NCBI GenBank assembly: GCA_963764805.1
Contig: CAVXUB010000001.1
Location: 331,840-395,839, forward strand
Origin: an uncultured Actinomycetota bacterium
GTDB lineage: Bacteria > Actinomycetota > Acidimicrobiia > Acidimicrobiales > Bog-793
Length of the DNA stretch: 64,000 bases
Direction: 5' to 3'
In this document: one piece after another, positions 1 to 10,428 of the stretch
Layout of the letters: every line of letters starts with the position of its first letter
Position numbering within the stretch: position 1 is the stretch's first letter
The notes under the pieces: generated by a model
The model's database searches: none
Seen by the model: the letters and a program-made list of their open reading frames with translations, nothing else
Told to the model about the DNA's origin: nothing
Position numbers and translations under genes: made by a program

Positions 1-86
1 CTTCTCGCCTACCGAGAGCGGCCGCAGCCGGGAAGTCTGCACACGGGTACGGTACCGGAGGCGGAGGTGCGTACGGAGGCGTTGCG

Positions 87-707
87 TCAGGGCGCCGGGC
101 GAGCTCCCAACTCTCGCAAGCCGAGTGAGTAGCCGCGGAGGAATGTGTCTGCCTCTGCCGCCCGCGGCAGTTGCTCCACCAGTCGGCGAAATCGCTGCGA
201 GTGATCGTCATGCACCAGATGCGCAAGCTCGTGCAGGATCACCGAGTCGAGCACCCAGCCGGGAACTGGGCGGAGTCTCGTCGAGATGCGGATGGTGCGC
301 GAAGAGACGGTGCAGGATCCCCAGAGCGTGGTCTGATTGTCCGTCCAGCGGATCGATGCTGGGCGCACACCGCCGAGATAGCGGTCCGACAGCGAGGACG
401 CCCGCGCCTCGAGGTCAGCGTCCGAAGCGCCGGCCCCCGGGCGGGTCCTGAGAAGCCTCGTTACGAGCCGGTCTGCCACCGCCGTGGTCGTGGCGCGGGA
501 CCAACGCTCCGGTGCGGTGATTACTATGACGTTGCCCTCCCAGTGACCGGAGGCCGTCTTCCGGCGCCGTGCCGAGCGGCGCACCTCGACACTCGGCACG
601 GCCGAAGCAGCGGCTGCATCGTTGTCCAGCTCACCGGCGGGCACCTCGACCGGAATGGAATCCAACTCCGAGACGAGCGCTTCGAAGCTGCCCTGGAACG
701 CTGTCAT
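87..707 (-). CDS. YgjP/DUF45-like zinc metallopeptidase
   Basis: Intact 206-aa ORF. C-terminal HELAH (HEXXH) motif in the context WGSC..ISTRL..VILHELAHLVHDDHS, typical of DUF45/M48-related hydrolases. Confidence 0.7.
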   Translation of the reverse strand: MTAFQGSFEALVSELDSIPVEVPAGELDNDAAAASAVPSVEVRRSARRRKTASGHWEGNVIVITAPERWSRATTTAVADRLVTRLLRTRPGAGASDADLEARASSLSDRYLGGVRPASIRWTDNQTTLWGSCTVSSRTIRISTRLRPVPGWVLDSVILHELAHLVHDDHSQRFRRLVEQLPRAAEADTFLRGYSLGLRELGARPAP

Positions 708-863
708 TCGCCCACGTTAGGGAGCCGAGTGCCGAGTTCGGCGGATGGTGCGCAGCGCCAATTGGCGGCCGCGGGCAGATGCACCCAGAGGTTCGAGCGC
801 CGCCACGGGCTGACTATCATGGCTGGCGCCCCTGGCGGCCGCTGGCCTCAGGCGCACCGACCG

Positions 864-937
864 GCGCTCGTAGCTCAACGGATTAGAGCATCTGACTACG
901 GATCAGAAGGTTGGGGGTTCGAATCCCTCCGAGCGCG
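864..937 (+). tRNA. tRNA-Arg (anticodon ACG)
   Basis: 74-nt cloverleaf folded by hand: acceptor GCGCTCG/CGAGCGC, D arm GCTC/GAGC, anticodon arm TCTGA-CTACGGA-TCAGA (anticodon ACG), T arm GGGGG-TTCGAAT-CCCTC. CCA is not encoded. Confidence 0.9.
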
Positions 938-938
938 C
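896..938. repeat. attL: 43-bp direct repeat (tRNA-Arg from anticodon loop to 3' end)
   Basis: ctacggatcagaaggttgggggttcgaatccctccgagcgcgc is identical base for base to 34977-35019. Confidence 0.85.
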
Positions 939-1007
939 TAGATATATCCAGTTCAGTACTCTTTCCGGCATGGTGTCACACCCCACAAGTAGGCTCTTGC
1001 TCTGTTG

Positions 1008-1028
1008 ACCCAACAGAAAACCCAACAG
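1008..1028 (+). promoter_or_regulatory. Paired ACCCAACAG motifs, candidate integrase/Xis arm-type sites (attL side)
   Basis: gACCCAACAG (1008-1017) and aACCCAACAG (1019-1028) are 11 nt apart. The same core recurs as 11-nt tandem pairs at 30557-30578 and 34831-34852. Confidence 0.4.
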
Positions 1029-1047
1029 TTCGGCAGGAAGGACAACC

Positions 1048-2236
1048 GTGGCAGGAAGCCTCCGGGCAGTGGCGGGACGTGCGGGAACATGGGAGCTCCG
1101 GGTGTATCTCGGCCGCGACTCGAACGGACGCGTCCGTCACCAGCACGTCACATTCAAGGGCTCACGCCGGCAGGCGGAGCGCGAACTTGCTCGACTAGTC
1201 GCGAATCACGACGCTAAGCCAGCCGCTGTCCCGGAGGAACCGACCCGGTTCGGGCCCACGTTCACGGTCAACGACGCCATCGCCGCGTGGCGCGACAACG
1301 GCTGGGCCGACCTCTCGCCGAAGACCACCCGTGGCTATGAGTCCACGTGGCGCGTCCACATCGAGGAGGCGATCGGCAAGCGTCGCATCGCATCGCTGAC
1401 GACCTATGACGTGGAGCATTTCTACCGTTCACTTAAGGCCGCGGGACAGGGGCCGGCTACCACAGGCCAGGTCAAGGCGCGTTCTCCATCGCTCACTCCG
1501 TCTGGCGCACAAGTGGAGCGGGGGAACGCTTCCGAACCCGGCCGCGGACGCAGAGCTCCCCAGCTGGGGCCTGGACGAGCGACGCCCTGAGGTGCGGGCA
1601 CCGGGTATCGACGAGATCGGTTCTCTGCTCCGGGCAGCGGACGACCGGGAGGACATCCGGTTCTCGACGTTCCTGCGACTTCTCGCAGCGACCGGGATGC
1701 GGAGGGGCGAGGCTTGCGCTCTCCGATGGTCCGACATTGACCTCAACGGCGCCACCGCCCATGTCGATGAGGCAGTCGTCAACGCGTCCGGCGGGGCGAT
1801 CGTAAAGGGACCGAAGACTCGGGCGAGCATCAGGACGTTGGCACTCGACCCTGAGACGGCAGAGCGCCTCAACGCCCTCCGAGTGGCTCAGACCGAGCTC
1901 GGAGCGGCGTGTGGGACTTCCTTAACGCCTGACAGCTTCGTGTTTTCGTTCGAGCCTGGCGGAAGCGTGCCACCACATCCGGACACCATGAGCCACACGC
2001 TGACCCGCCTCCGCGAACGCGCCGGTCTCGCGGCCGATATTCACCTCCACTCGCTCCGCCACTTCCATGCGACCGCAGTGGATTCAGTCGTGTCTGAGGC
2101 CCAGAAACAGGCCAGACTCGGGTGGTCGACCGTCCAGATGGCCCGCCACTACACCGACGGCGTCCCAGAGGAGGATCGTAGAGCTGCGGAGCACGTCGGC
2201 CGCCTGCTGACGGCCGCTCGGGCTGCGACGGGTTGA
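1048..2236 (+). pseudogene. int: Tyrosine recombinase / phage-type integrase, apparent frameshift near 1485
   Basis: The N-terminal SAM-like/core-binding part is in the frame of ORF 1048-1590. The catalytic part (RRGEACALRWSDID..HSLRHFHAT..ARHY) is in the frame of ORF 1406-2236. The gene lies directly downstream of the tRNA. Confidence 0.85.
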
Positions 2237-2472
2237 TACGCTGGTTCCTCGACCTGAAGAGGCGCCGCAGGGTCGAGCCCCTCGAGCAACCGCTCCACTG
2301 ATCGCCGTGGCACTCGCCAGCGACCACCAATCCGCCACACAGGCAGTGGAAAGGTGCCGCTACGCACGGCTCTATAGCAGGTGGCTCGACTCTCTCCGAG
2401 CAGAATGGCGGCCTCCTCAATGCTGAGCAGAGGTTTCGGAGCCGTACTTCGCCCGACGCCGGACCTCGTCAC
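2149..2472 (-). CDS. xis: Excisionase-family helix-turn-helix DNA-binding protein
   Basis: GTG start at 2472 preceded by GGAGGAGG. Sequence LLSIEEAAILLGESRATCYRAVRSGTFPLPVWRIGGRWRVPRRSVERLL matches the excisionase/MerR-like HTH pattern. The GTGA overlaps the stop of the upstream ATPase. Confidence 0.7.
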   Translation of the reverse strand: MTRSGVGRSTAPKPLLSIEEAAILLGESRATCYRAVRSGTFPLPVWRIGGRWRVPRRSVERLLEGLDPAAPLQVEEPAYQPVAARAAVSRRPTCSAALRSSSGTPSV

Positions 2473-3814
2473 GATGGTTCCTCCTCCGCTGAATCCGCTC
2501 CAGAGGCGCTGGTCGGAATCGGTAGGAACCCGGCACCTTTTCGGACCATTCGGCCGTCGGTGTTGAAGAGCTCCAACTCGCCGCTCGCGCAGATGTGACG
2601 GACGACGAAGGCCCGCTCGTTGACCCGCCAGAGCCCCTCGCCCTGGGCCAGCTCCGGTAGCTGCGCTACCTCGACGGAGGTGAGGCCGAGCAACTTGCCG
2701 GCAGCGTGGGCCTCGTCGAACGGCTCGTTGTAGAGGATGCGGGTGGCGGTGTCGCCGAGCAGGCCCTGAGCGAGCCCGCGTGCCTCTGAGCCGATGTCGC
2801 CGACGGCGTCGAGGTCGGAGAACCGGTGGACGACCATCAGGTTGGCGAGGCCGAACGCACGCGACAGCTTCCAATGCGCCTGCATCCGCGCGAGCAGGGC
2901 GGGTTGGGCGAGCAGCCGCCAGGCCTCGTCGTAGACGACCAGCCGCTGGCCGCCGTGCAGGGTCCGCCAAGGAGGCCTCCATCCAGGTGGAGGCGCAGGT
3001 CATGACGAGGCCGATCAGGGTGTCCGAGCCGGAGATGGCCGACAGGTCGAGCGAGAGCATCGGTAGCGACGGGTCGAACGCTACCGTGGAGGGGCCGTCG
3101 AAGAGCCCGGCCAGGTCACCCCGCACGAGGCGGGCGAGCGCGTGGGCGGCCTCGCGGCCGTCGGCCCGCAGCTGCTCGACACGTCGATCCCGCCGCCGGG
3201 CGTCTGCGGCTCAGCATGGCCTCGACCACCATGGGCAGGACGGGCGCCGAGCGTGCGCGGAAGCGCATCGCAGGGCGGCGTCGAGTGCCGAGCGCTCGGT
3301 CGGCGCAGAGGCGCGGCCGAGCGTCGACTCGGTCAGCGCCCCGAGCAGGCCGGGCCGGCGGCTCGCTGACCTGCGCCCGCCACGATGCGTCGTCCTCGCC
3401 AGCTGGGCGCGGCCCTTCGTCGAGCGGGTTGAGGCGCGCCGGGCTGCCGAACCCGAGCTGCGATCGCGTGGCCGCCGACCGCCTGGGCGACGACCGTCCA
3501 TTCGCCCTTCGGGTCTCCGGGGACGTACACCCGCCGACCAAACGCGATGCACCGGTCGGCCAGCGACTTGGCCAGCGTCGACTTGCCTCGCCCGATCTGT
3601 CCGGCCAGGAAGATGTTCGGGTTGGTCAGCGGCCTTGGCGGTAGAGCTCCCAAGGGTCGTAGCAGAAGGCCGTCCCCGACCAGGCGTCCTGGCCGATCAG
3701 CATCCCGGCCGAGCCGAGGCCCTCTTCGGCCAGGAACGGGTAGGCGCCGCCTAGGACCTCGGAGGTGGCCCGGTGCGGCGGGAGCCGCAGGCGCCGGTAG
3801 GAGCGCCCCGCCAT
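2469..3814 (-). pseudogene. VirB4/TraE-like conjugative ATPase, several frameshifts
   Basis: Pieces lie in three frames. The N-terminus is MAGRSYRRL..YPFLAEEGLG..CYDPWELY, Walker A is GQIGRGKST (ORF 3333-3653), and the C-terminal domain is ORF 2469-2885. Confidence 0.65.
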
Positions 3815-5574
3815 GGCGCCATTTTCACCCCCGGCAGGCAGGTACGGGCGATCGCGTCCTCGGCCCGCTGCCTCCAGCTCCGCTCGCCGGGCGGCCATTA
3901 GCTGCTTGCGGTGATCGGCCTCGGCCGGCGGGCAGCCTGCCTCGCCTTCCCTGCGGCGCGGCCGGCGGCGACCAGCCGTCATGCCGTAGAGGCGCGGGCG
4001 CCCGGCCTCGAGCGAGAGCCGGCGCGTAGCGGCGCGGCCTCGACCCGGCTCCGGAAGCCGACGGTGGTCGGACTCTGCGCCGCTCGCTGTCCAGCAGTCG
4101 GACCGCCGGCTGTCCTGGCCTCGCCGCAACTGGCATCAGAACGTGCTCCTCGCAAGGGGCAGGGCGGCGGCGACGAACGCCTGCAGCTGCCGGCCGTAGA
4201 GGGGGCGAACTTCGCAGCAGGCCTGGCGGCCGCCCGGCTGATAGTCGCCCGCGCGGCGTCGAGGTCGTCCGGCGTCGGCGCGTAACGGTGACGAGGCCGG
4301 TGAACTCGACGTCAGTGTGCCCGGAGATGATGGAGCGTTCCCGGGCTAGCAGGTCCTCGTACTCTTGTGCGTCCGAGAGGTCGGCGAGCTGGCCGAAGCT
4401 TGCTTTCTGTGCCTATCTGCGACTGCCTCTGTCTTCTCCCGGCGGATCTGGCGCAGCGCAGTGTCGGTCGGGAGCGGGCGGGCGAGAGATCGACAGCGTC
4501 CTGCGCACGCCGGAGCGAACACGAGCGGGTGCAGGAAGTCGGCGGGGACGGCGATGCGGGGCCACTCGCATACCCAGAGCACCTGGGACAGGCCGTGTCG
4601 TGGCGGAGGCGGTCCCAGCACTCCGCGACCGCCATCGGGCCGGCGTGGGCCAGGTTGGTGCCGGGGTCGCACGGCGGATCGACGCGCCTCGGGGTCGAAG
4701 ACGTCGCGGATGATGGCAGCCAGCTCGGCCTCGCGGAGCCAGCCGCCCGCCCGCAGCCCCGCCGGCGCGAGGGCGTCGGAAGCTGGCCATGTCGGCGCGC
4801 AGCACCTCGGCGGCGCCTCGCATCCCGCGGCCGGCCGCGCGCACGGCCCGGCCGGCGGCCTGCAGGTCGAGCGAAAGGCTGACCGTCGTGCGGTGGGTGG
4901 AGGAGTCGAGGGGGACCTGGTCCGAGCAGCGCGCTGGTACTGCGTGGCAGCCCAGCCCGCGTCCGGAGACCTTGCGCCTCCCACCACTCCCGCTGGCCGC
5001 GGGCCGGGTCCGGCACGGTGGCCTCGAGGACCTGCACCGCGGCGCAGGTGCCCGAGGGCGCCAGCCCGGCGAGGACCCGGCCCCAGCGCCCCACCCGAGC
5101 GCCCGGCTCGGCGTCGTCCAGTAGGGCGAAGGCCGGGTGGGTGACCAAAAGTGCCGCCGCCAGAGTCTGGCGGTGGGGGTCATGGACCATGGCCGCCCCG
5201 GAGGCCTCGTCGAGGTGCACCCGGAGAGAGGCGGCGTCGCCCGGAAGGGCCAGGGTTCCGGCCGGGCGGGGCTTGGAGGGCCGCGCCCGGAACTCGCGTC
5301 TGGCCGGCAGCCTTGCGGAACTGGAAGTGGGCGGCGGTGCCGCCCACTCTGCCGCCGGCCGCCCCGCGCAGCGAGCGAACGAAGCCGCAATCAGCGGTAC
5401 ACAGATGATCCCGCTGACGGCCGCGGCAGCGAGACCGCCGAGCGAACAGCGCCCCGATCGCAACGTCGCCCCGACGCCGAGCACGGCAACCCTCGGAGCG
5501 GAGAACCCGAGCAGGAGACCCCGGGTGGACGTGCGGGCGAAGCGTACCGTCGGCAGTGCCGTTGGCTGACTCAC
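3815..5574 (-). pseudogene. SCO6880-like conjugation membrane protein, frameshifted
   Basis: The N-terminus VRFARTSTRGLLLGFS is followed by TM segments (ORF 4312-5574). The later motif VLWVCEWPRIAVPADFLHPLVF lies in another frame (ORF 4346-4987). The 3' boundary is approximate. Confidence 0.5.
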
Positions 5575-5844
5575 GCCTGACCTCCCTCATGGCGCGTCGG
5601 GTTTAAGGTCGAGAAATGCGGGCCCTCCTCGGGTGCGTCCGAGGGTGACCTCGGCTCGGTTGCAGCGCTCCCATTCCGTACAGCGGCGGTCGGGTTGTCG
5701 AGGGACACCGCGGGGTCGCGGGACGTATCCAGGCCCGGCACGCCGGTCGGCGCATCCCCGACGATGGACGGGGTCCCCGCATGTGGCAGCGAGCCGGTCC
5801 CCTTGCCAAGGCTCGGATCGGAAGCGCTCGAGCCTGCAGTGGGT

Positions 5845-6867
5845 TTACCTCCGGCCACAGGTCCGTTGGCAGCGCCAGGGCGGCGTCGTCCCCATCCTCG
5901 TCGCCCCGCCGGCGACGTAGGGAGCCGCCCTGTGGGCCATGCGGGCCGTTGCCATCAGCCCGAGGGTGGCGCTGGAGCTCAGTCCCCGCAGTTGCTGGGC
6001 GTGGCCGCCGGTGAAGTGAACGAGCCTGAGGGCGACCCAAGGTGCGAAGCCGGCCAGAAGGAGGACGATCACCCCCGAGATCAGCTGTGTGACCTTCTGG
6101 CTGGCGCCGCTGCCGGACTGGCCGGCGCCCGCGACGAGGATCTCGTATCCGGTGACGAAGATCAGCACGAGGATCAGCTTCGAGACCACGAGCGCCACGG
6201 TCGTCTCGATCCAGCGCCTCGTCCACGAGATGGTGATGTCGGCCAGGGACCCGGCGAAGGCGACCGGGGCGAAAACGGCAGTGACGACGATCAGCACCTT
6301 GCGCACGACGAGCGAGCTGTAGACGACGACCGTCGCCGCGATGCATCCGAGCGACAGCAGCAGCAGCGAGGCGGACCCCGTGACGACCGACGTCAGAGCG
6401 GTCGCCCCGAGCACGAGCTTGCCGAGCCCCGCCACGTCGGTCCCCGTTGCCCAGCGCACGACCTCTCCGGAGAGAGCGTCGGTGGCGACGAGGAGCACGT
6501 TAACGACGGCGATCGCCAGGGCGCCGCCGATGAAGGCGACGATCAGTCCCCGGCAGGCGCGTGCCAGGCCGCTCCCGTCGCGCCGTAGGACGCTTTGGAT
6601 CAGCTGGATCAGGAACAGGCCGAGGCCGACCGTGCCGGCGATGGCAGTCACCATTGCCAGCTCGCGATCGAAGCCTGCGCCCCCGAGCCGCACTGCGGTG
6701 GCAGCACTCATCTGCGACCACAACCAGTTGACGGCGTGTTCGGCGGCGGTGCCGAAGCTCTCGGCGATGGCGTGGAAGGCGTCGCCGGCGACGGACTTGG
6801 CGACGGACTTGGCGGCGTCGGCGACGCAGCTCCCGTAGGTGGTCGGGTCGTACCATTCGCAGCTCAC
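5845..6867 (-). CDS. TrbL/VirB6-like polytopic membrane protein
   Basis: GTG at 6867 overlaps the upstream stop (GTGA). At least 6 hydrophobic segments are present. A Gly/Ser/Pro-rich tail may continue in ORF 5571-5858 after a frameshift. Confidence 0.55.
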   Translation of the reverse strand: MSCEWYDPTTYGSCVADAAKSVAKSVAGDAFHAIAESFGTAAEHAVNWLWSQMSAATAVRLGGAGFDRELAMVTAIAGTVGLGLFLIQLIQSVLRRDGSGLARACRGLIVAFIGGALAIAVVNVLLVATDALSGEVVRWATGTDVAGLGKLVLGATALTSVVTGSASLLLLSLGCIAATVVVYSSLVVRKVLIVVTAVFAPVAFAGSLADITISWTRRWIETTVALVVSKLILVLIFVTGYEILVAGAGQSGSGASQKVTQLISGVIVLLLAGFAPWVALRLVHFTGGHAQQLRGLSSSATLGLMATARMAHRAAPYVAGGATRMGTTPPWRCQRTCGRR

Positions 6868-7724
6868 AGCTCCGACTCCTTCCAGTCCGAGACGAGCGCC
6901 GCGCCGTAGCTGTCGGCAAAGCGCGCCGAGCCGACCTGCACGACGAGCCAGAAGCGTCGCCTCGTCACCGAACGTCCCCGCGTCACCGACAAGATCCCCG
7001 AGACGTCCTCGACAGCGGCGCGCAGGTCCTGCGGCTGCCAACCGGCGTCGACCATCGACTGCCACTCCGGGTCGAGCTGCACCTCGATGTCGCTGGCTGA
7101 GAACCGGACGTGTTCTCTCGCGTCGAGGGCCCAAGGTCCTGCGGAGGGCAGTGGGAATAGTCCACGTGCCAGGGACGGCTCCATCACTGAGACGTAGAGC
7201 GTCCTCTCGGCGAAGGCGGCCGGGATGCCGGGCATTAGGTCAGGCGCCGACTCCGCAACCAGCCAGGCTCCGAGCGCACTTCGCGTCTGGCGGGTGAAGT
7301 CGACGTCCAGGAGTGCAGTCACGAACCCGCGGACGAAGCCGTCGGGCGTGTCACTCGGTGCCAACGCCGGCCAGCCGCCGCCAATAGCCGGCCGCGGGAG
7401 CTCGAGACTCTCAGCCAGCTTGATCGTCGACTCGTCGGAAGACGAGGAGAGCCCCTGCGCCAAGCCGTCGTCGTATTGCCGTTGGACGGGCGTCTCTGCC
7501 GGCACAGTCGTGGCGGGGGCCACGGGCCTCCAGCGGCCGAACGGCGCCGTCGGGGGCGTCGTCGAGGTCCGGGTGGGGGATCCGGCGGTCGGCGATGCCG
7601 TCTGCCGCGGAAGCATCGTGCGACCTGGGTTCGCCGGGGAGACCAGGATCCTGATCGTCCCGAGGACGGCGAGCAGCGTCCCGACGATGACCGCCGCCCC
7701 GACGAGGATGCGGCGCCCCCTCAA
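6864..7724 (-). CDS. Single-pass membrane protein of the conjugation operon (possible VirB8/TcpC-like role)
   Basis: N-terminal TM segment (ILVGAAVIVGTLLAVLG), a Pro/Thr-rich linker and a globular C-terminal domain. Function is assigned by position only. Confidence 0.45.
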   Translation of the reverse strand: MRGRRILVGAAVIVGTLLAVLGTIRILVSPANPGRTMLPRQTASPTAGSPTRTSTTPPTAPFGRWRPVAPATTVPAETPVQRQYDDGLAQGLSSSSDESTIKLAESLELPRPAIGGGWPALAPSDTPDGFVRGFVTALLDVDFTRQTRSALGAWLVAESAPDLMPGIPAAFAERTLYVSVMEPSLARGLFPLPSAGPWALDAREHVRFSASDIEVQLDPEWQSMVDAGWQPQDLRAAVEDVSGILSVTRGRSVTRRRFWLVVQVGSARFADSYGAALVSDWKESEL

Positions 7725-8008
7725 AGCTGTGCTCCCGCAGAGGCGAAGAAGTTGACGAGGGCGACGGCCCCTCCCGTCAGTGCGGCCGCCACGAACGCCA
7801 CCAGCACACCGCTCTTTCCCTTGGCGGCGAGCGACGGGTTGGCCGAGTGGTTGCCGACGGCCCAGACGATGGCCGACATCACCAGGCCGGCCAGGCTGGC
7901 GACGAGGCCGATCGTGAGGAGCGCTCCGACGATGTTCTCGAGCTCGGAGATTCCCGGCAGGCCCGAACTGTTCGGCGTCACGCTGACGCCCGATGCGAGG
8001 ATGATCAT
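7721..8008 (-). CDS. Small two-TM hydrophobic protein (VirB2/VirB3-like position)
   Basis: ATG at 8008 is preceded by AAGGAGAG. The protein is 95 aa with two hydrophobic helices. The longer 159-aa ORF in the track has an implausible N-terminal extension. Confidence 0.5.
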   Translation of the reverse strand: MIILASGVSVTPNSSGLPGISELENIVGALLTIGLVASLAGLVMSAIVWAVGNHSANPSLAAKGKSGVLVAFVAAALTGGAVALVNFFASAGAQL

Positions 8009-8075
8009 GCTCTCTCCTTGTCGTTGGTGGTTGGTGTTGGTGGACTGCTGTCGAAGTCGTGATGCGGCTTGCTGG

Positions 8076-9109
8076 TCAGTCGCGGGCCGCCGGATCGCGA
8101 AGCGCGATGAGCCCTCTGGAGACGAAGCTCTGCACAGCGACGCCGTAGCGAGGGTCGATCGCCGACTCCACGAGCCCGTCGCCGAGGTAGATCCCGACAT
8201 GGCGGGCGAGCCCCGGCCCGGGCGAGTCGCGGTCCGGCACGAGCACCCGATCCCCGGCGACGAGTTGCGAGGCGCTCACCTCGACGCCTTCTTGCTGCTG
8301 GAGCTCGCGGCGTGCGCAGGGACGACGCCGACGCTCGCCCATGCCGCCATCGTCAGCCCCGAGCTGTCGTAGTGCGGGGTTCCCGAAGCACCCCAGAGGA
8401 AGGGCTTTCCGAGCTGCGCCAGGGCGAAGCGGACGACCGCCGCATCCTCGGGTGGCGTCGCCGGCGGGAGCACGTAACCGGGAGGGGGGCCATGCCCGCC
8501 TACGGACGGCGAACCGACACCCTGTCCACACTGGCCGGGGTGGTCTGCGTGGGCGAGGACGTGGGTCACGATCTTGGCCGCCTCGGGCCATGCACGGCGG
8601 AAACGCTCCATCTCCGATGGCGGTGCGCCCTCGACCTCCTGGGCGATCGTCCAGGGCGGGCGGGACCGCCATTGCGGCCGCGCCAGGACCCGCTCGGTGA
8701 ATTCCGCCGACGCGTAGGAGGAGACCATGAGCTGCGCAGGTGTTCCCCACGTCCCCGGGCGGAGTTGAAAGAGACCGAAGCGGCCACCTGCACGGTCCAA
8801 GTTCTCCAGGTCGCTCTCGACGAGCGTCGCCACGAGCACGATGCGAGCAGCCCTCGTGTCGAACCTGGATGCCGTCATCGCCACCGACACGATGTGGTCG
8901 GCGTTCGCCGCCTGCGCGCTGGTGAGCCCTCTCACCGGACCGGTGACCGAGCACGTCCGGGCTGCCAGCGCGCCCCCACTGATGACGGCATCCGAGGCCG
9001 ACCCGTCGTCTTCCCCGCCAGCGACGGCCAGCCCGACGACGAGCACGAACGTCAGAGCTAGAGCAGCCAGGGCGGCGCCAACCAGTCCACGTGACGGGCG
9101 ATGGCTCAC
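8076..9109 (-). pseudogene. Secreted cell-wall hydrolase with C-terminal NlpC/P60 domain, frameshift near 8290
   Basis: GTG at 9109 overlaps the RepSA stop. An N-terminal TM/signal segment and a transglycosylase-like region lie in ORF 8276-9385. The NlpC/P60-like end (GKPFLWGASGTPHYDSSGL..HVGIYLGDG) continues in ORF 8076-9305. Confidence 0.65.
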
Positions 9110-10428
9110 GACGCCTCCTCGAAGCGTCCCTCGAGTCGCAACGCCAGCCACGCCTCGAGGCGTTGTTCCTGCCGGCGCTGCTCGATGCCCCGCGCCAGGC
9201 GCCTGTCGATCTCGAGGCGGAGCCCCATTCCCTCGAAGCGCCACTCGGTCGAGCCCACCTGCTCGGGATCGCCGTCCGCTTGTGCTCTCCAGGCCCGGCG
9301 GGCACGGCGCAGCGCCCCGAAGGTCGTCGAGTAGTGGCGGCTTTTCGTCAATACATGGCCTGCGAACCCGAACATATGTGCCCATCGGCCGCAGGATGCG
9401 TTCTCCTCGGACCTGCCGAGGGCGAGGGCCGTCTCGACGAGGCGGCGCACGTGGTCGGGCAGCTGCATCACCGCCAGGTGCCCTTCTCGGATGCGCCGGT
9501 CTAGCGCACCGGTCTCCTCGACGGTCTTGACCGTGTACTTGCTGACATACGAAGAAATTCTTCTGGCGTCGGCACCGGTGATCGGGTCAACTTTCAGCTG
9601 GCTGCCGAACGCCAGCACGACGTCGCCCTCTCCCACGGTCTTGCGCACGCGCACGGCCCGCACCGCCGACACGAGTGCCTGGGCGAGCAGCGCGGCGTCG
9701 ATGCCTTCGGGCGCCCCCACCTCTTCGTCGACCGAGTCAGCTCGCAGCACGCCGTGCAGGTGCACGACTCCCCGGCGCTGGAACTCGACGCACTTCACAT
9801 ACGAGAGCCGGACGCTCTTTCGAAGCTCGGACTCGCTCGTCCCCATGGCGTAGGCGAGCTGGCGGAAGGAGTAGATGGTGACCCGTCGCCACAGCTCGCT
9901 AGCCGTGGCGTTGAACAGGACACAGCCCTCGTAGTCGAAGCAGTCCGCGCAGATCGGCGTGCCGACCACGTCGTCCTCGTCGCCGTGGCCTCCGCGGCAG
10001 TGGCGCTGCCGGCCGTGCGGGCACCTGCCGGGAACACCGAGCTGGCAGGTACCGCCCCGCGCACTGTGGACAGCCCCGAAGCTCGGGCCTGTCAGTGTGA
10101 AGAACACCGCCGGGTGCTCGGTCACCGACTCGGGTACTCCCTTTCCGCCCACGAGGCCCGCGCCGACCACCTGGCGGGCGTCGCCCCGGTAGAGGGCTGC
10201 ACAGGAGGGACAGCGGCTCTTCCGCCTAGTTCCGCAGGCGACGAGCAGCACTCCGTCGGGCTCGCCACGGGTGTCGTAGCCGCCGTCACGGCCGTGCCCG
10301 ACGAGGCGGATCGGCTGGCGGCACCCGCCGGTGCGCTCGAGCCTCCACCAGAGCGAATCGAGCTCTCCCGCCCGCTCGGCGAGAAGGTCTCCCTCATCGC
10401 GCGTATCGCGATGCGTCTGGGCGATCAC
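9106..10428 (-). CDS. RepSA-type replication initiator protein
   Basis: About 440 aa from the GTG at 10428. Motifs FFTLTGPSFGAVH, a Cys-rich segment and VEFQRRGVVHLHGVLR match pSAM2 RepSA-family initiators. The N-terminal part of the 650-aa ORF in the track is read-through into the ftsK-like gene. Confidence 0.75.
   Translation of the reverse strand: MIAQTHRDTRDEGDLLAERAGELDSLWWRLERTGGCRQPIRLVGHGRDGGYDTRGEPDGVLLVACGTRRKSRCPSCAALYRGDARQVVGAGLVGGKGVPESVTEHPAVFFTLTGPSFGAVHSARGGTCQLGVPGRCPHGRQRHCRGGHGDEDDVVGTPICADCFDYEGCVLFNATASELWRRVTIYSFRQLAYAMGTSESELRKSVRLSYVKCVEFQRRGVVHLHGVLRADSVDEEVGAPEGIDAALLAQALVSAVRAVRVRKTVGEGDVVLAFGSQLKVDPITGADARRISSYVSKYTVKTVEETGALDRRIREGHLAVMQLPDHVRRLVETALALGRSEENASCGRWAHMFGFAGHVLTKSRHYSTTFGALRRARRAWRAQADGDPEQVGSTEWRFEGMGLRLEIDRRLARGIEQRRQEQRLEAWLALRLEGRFEEAS

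Noticed and set aside
2149-3126. Track ORFs 2149-3126 (325 aa) and 9106-11058 (650 aa) as single large proteins
   Set aside because: Only the downstream parts are meaningful (the Xis-type HTH and the RepSA-type initiator). The upstream parts are out-of-frame read-through across neighbouring genes, and plausible internal GTG starts overlap the preceding stop codons.
5571-5858. ORF 5571-5858 as an independent 95-aa gene
   Set aside because: Its Gly/Ser/Pro-rich composition and position fit a disordered C-terminal tail of the TrbL-like protein reached after a frameshift near 5860. It may still be separate, so it is noted under the TrbL-like feature rather than called.
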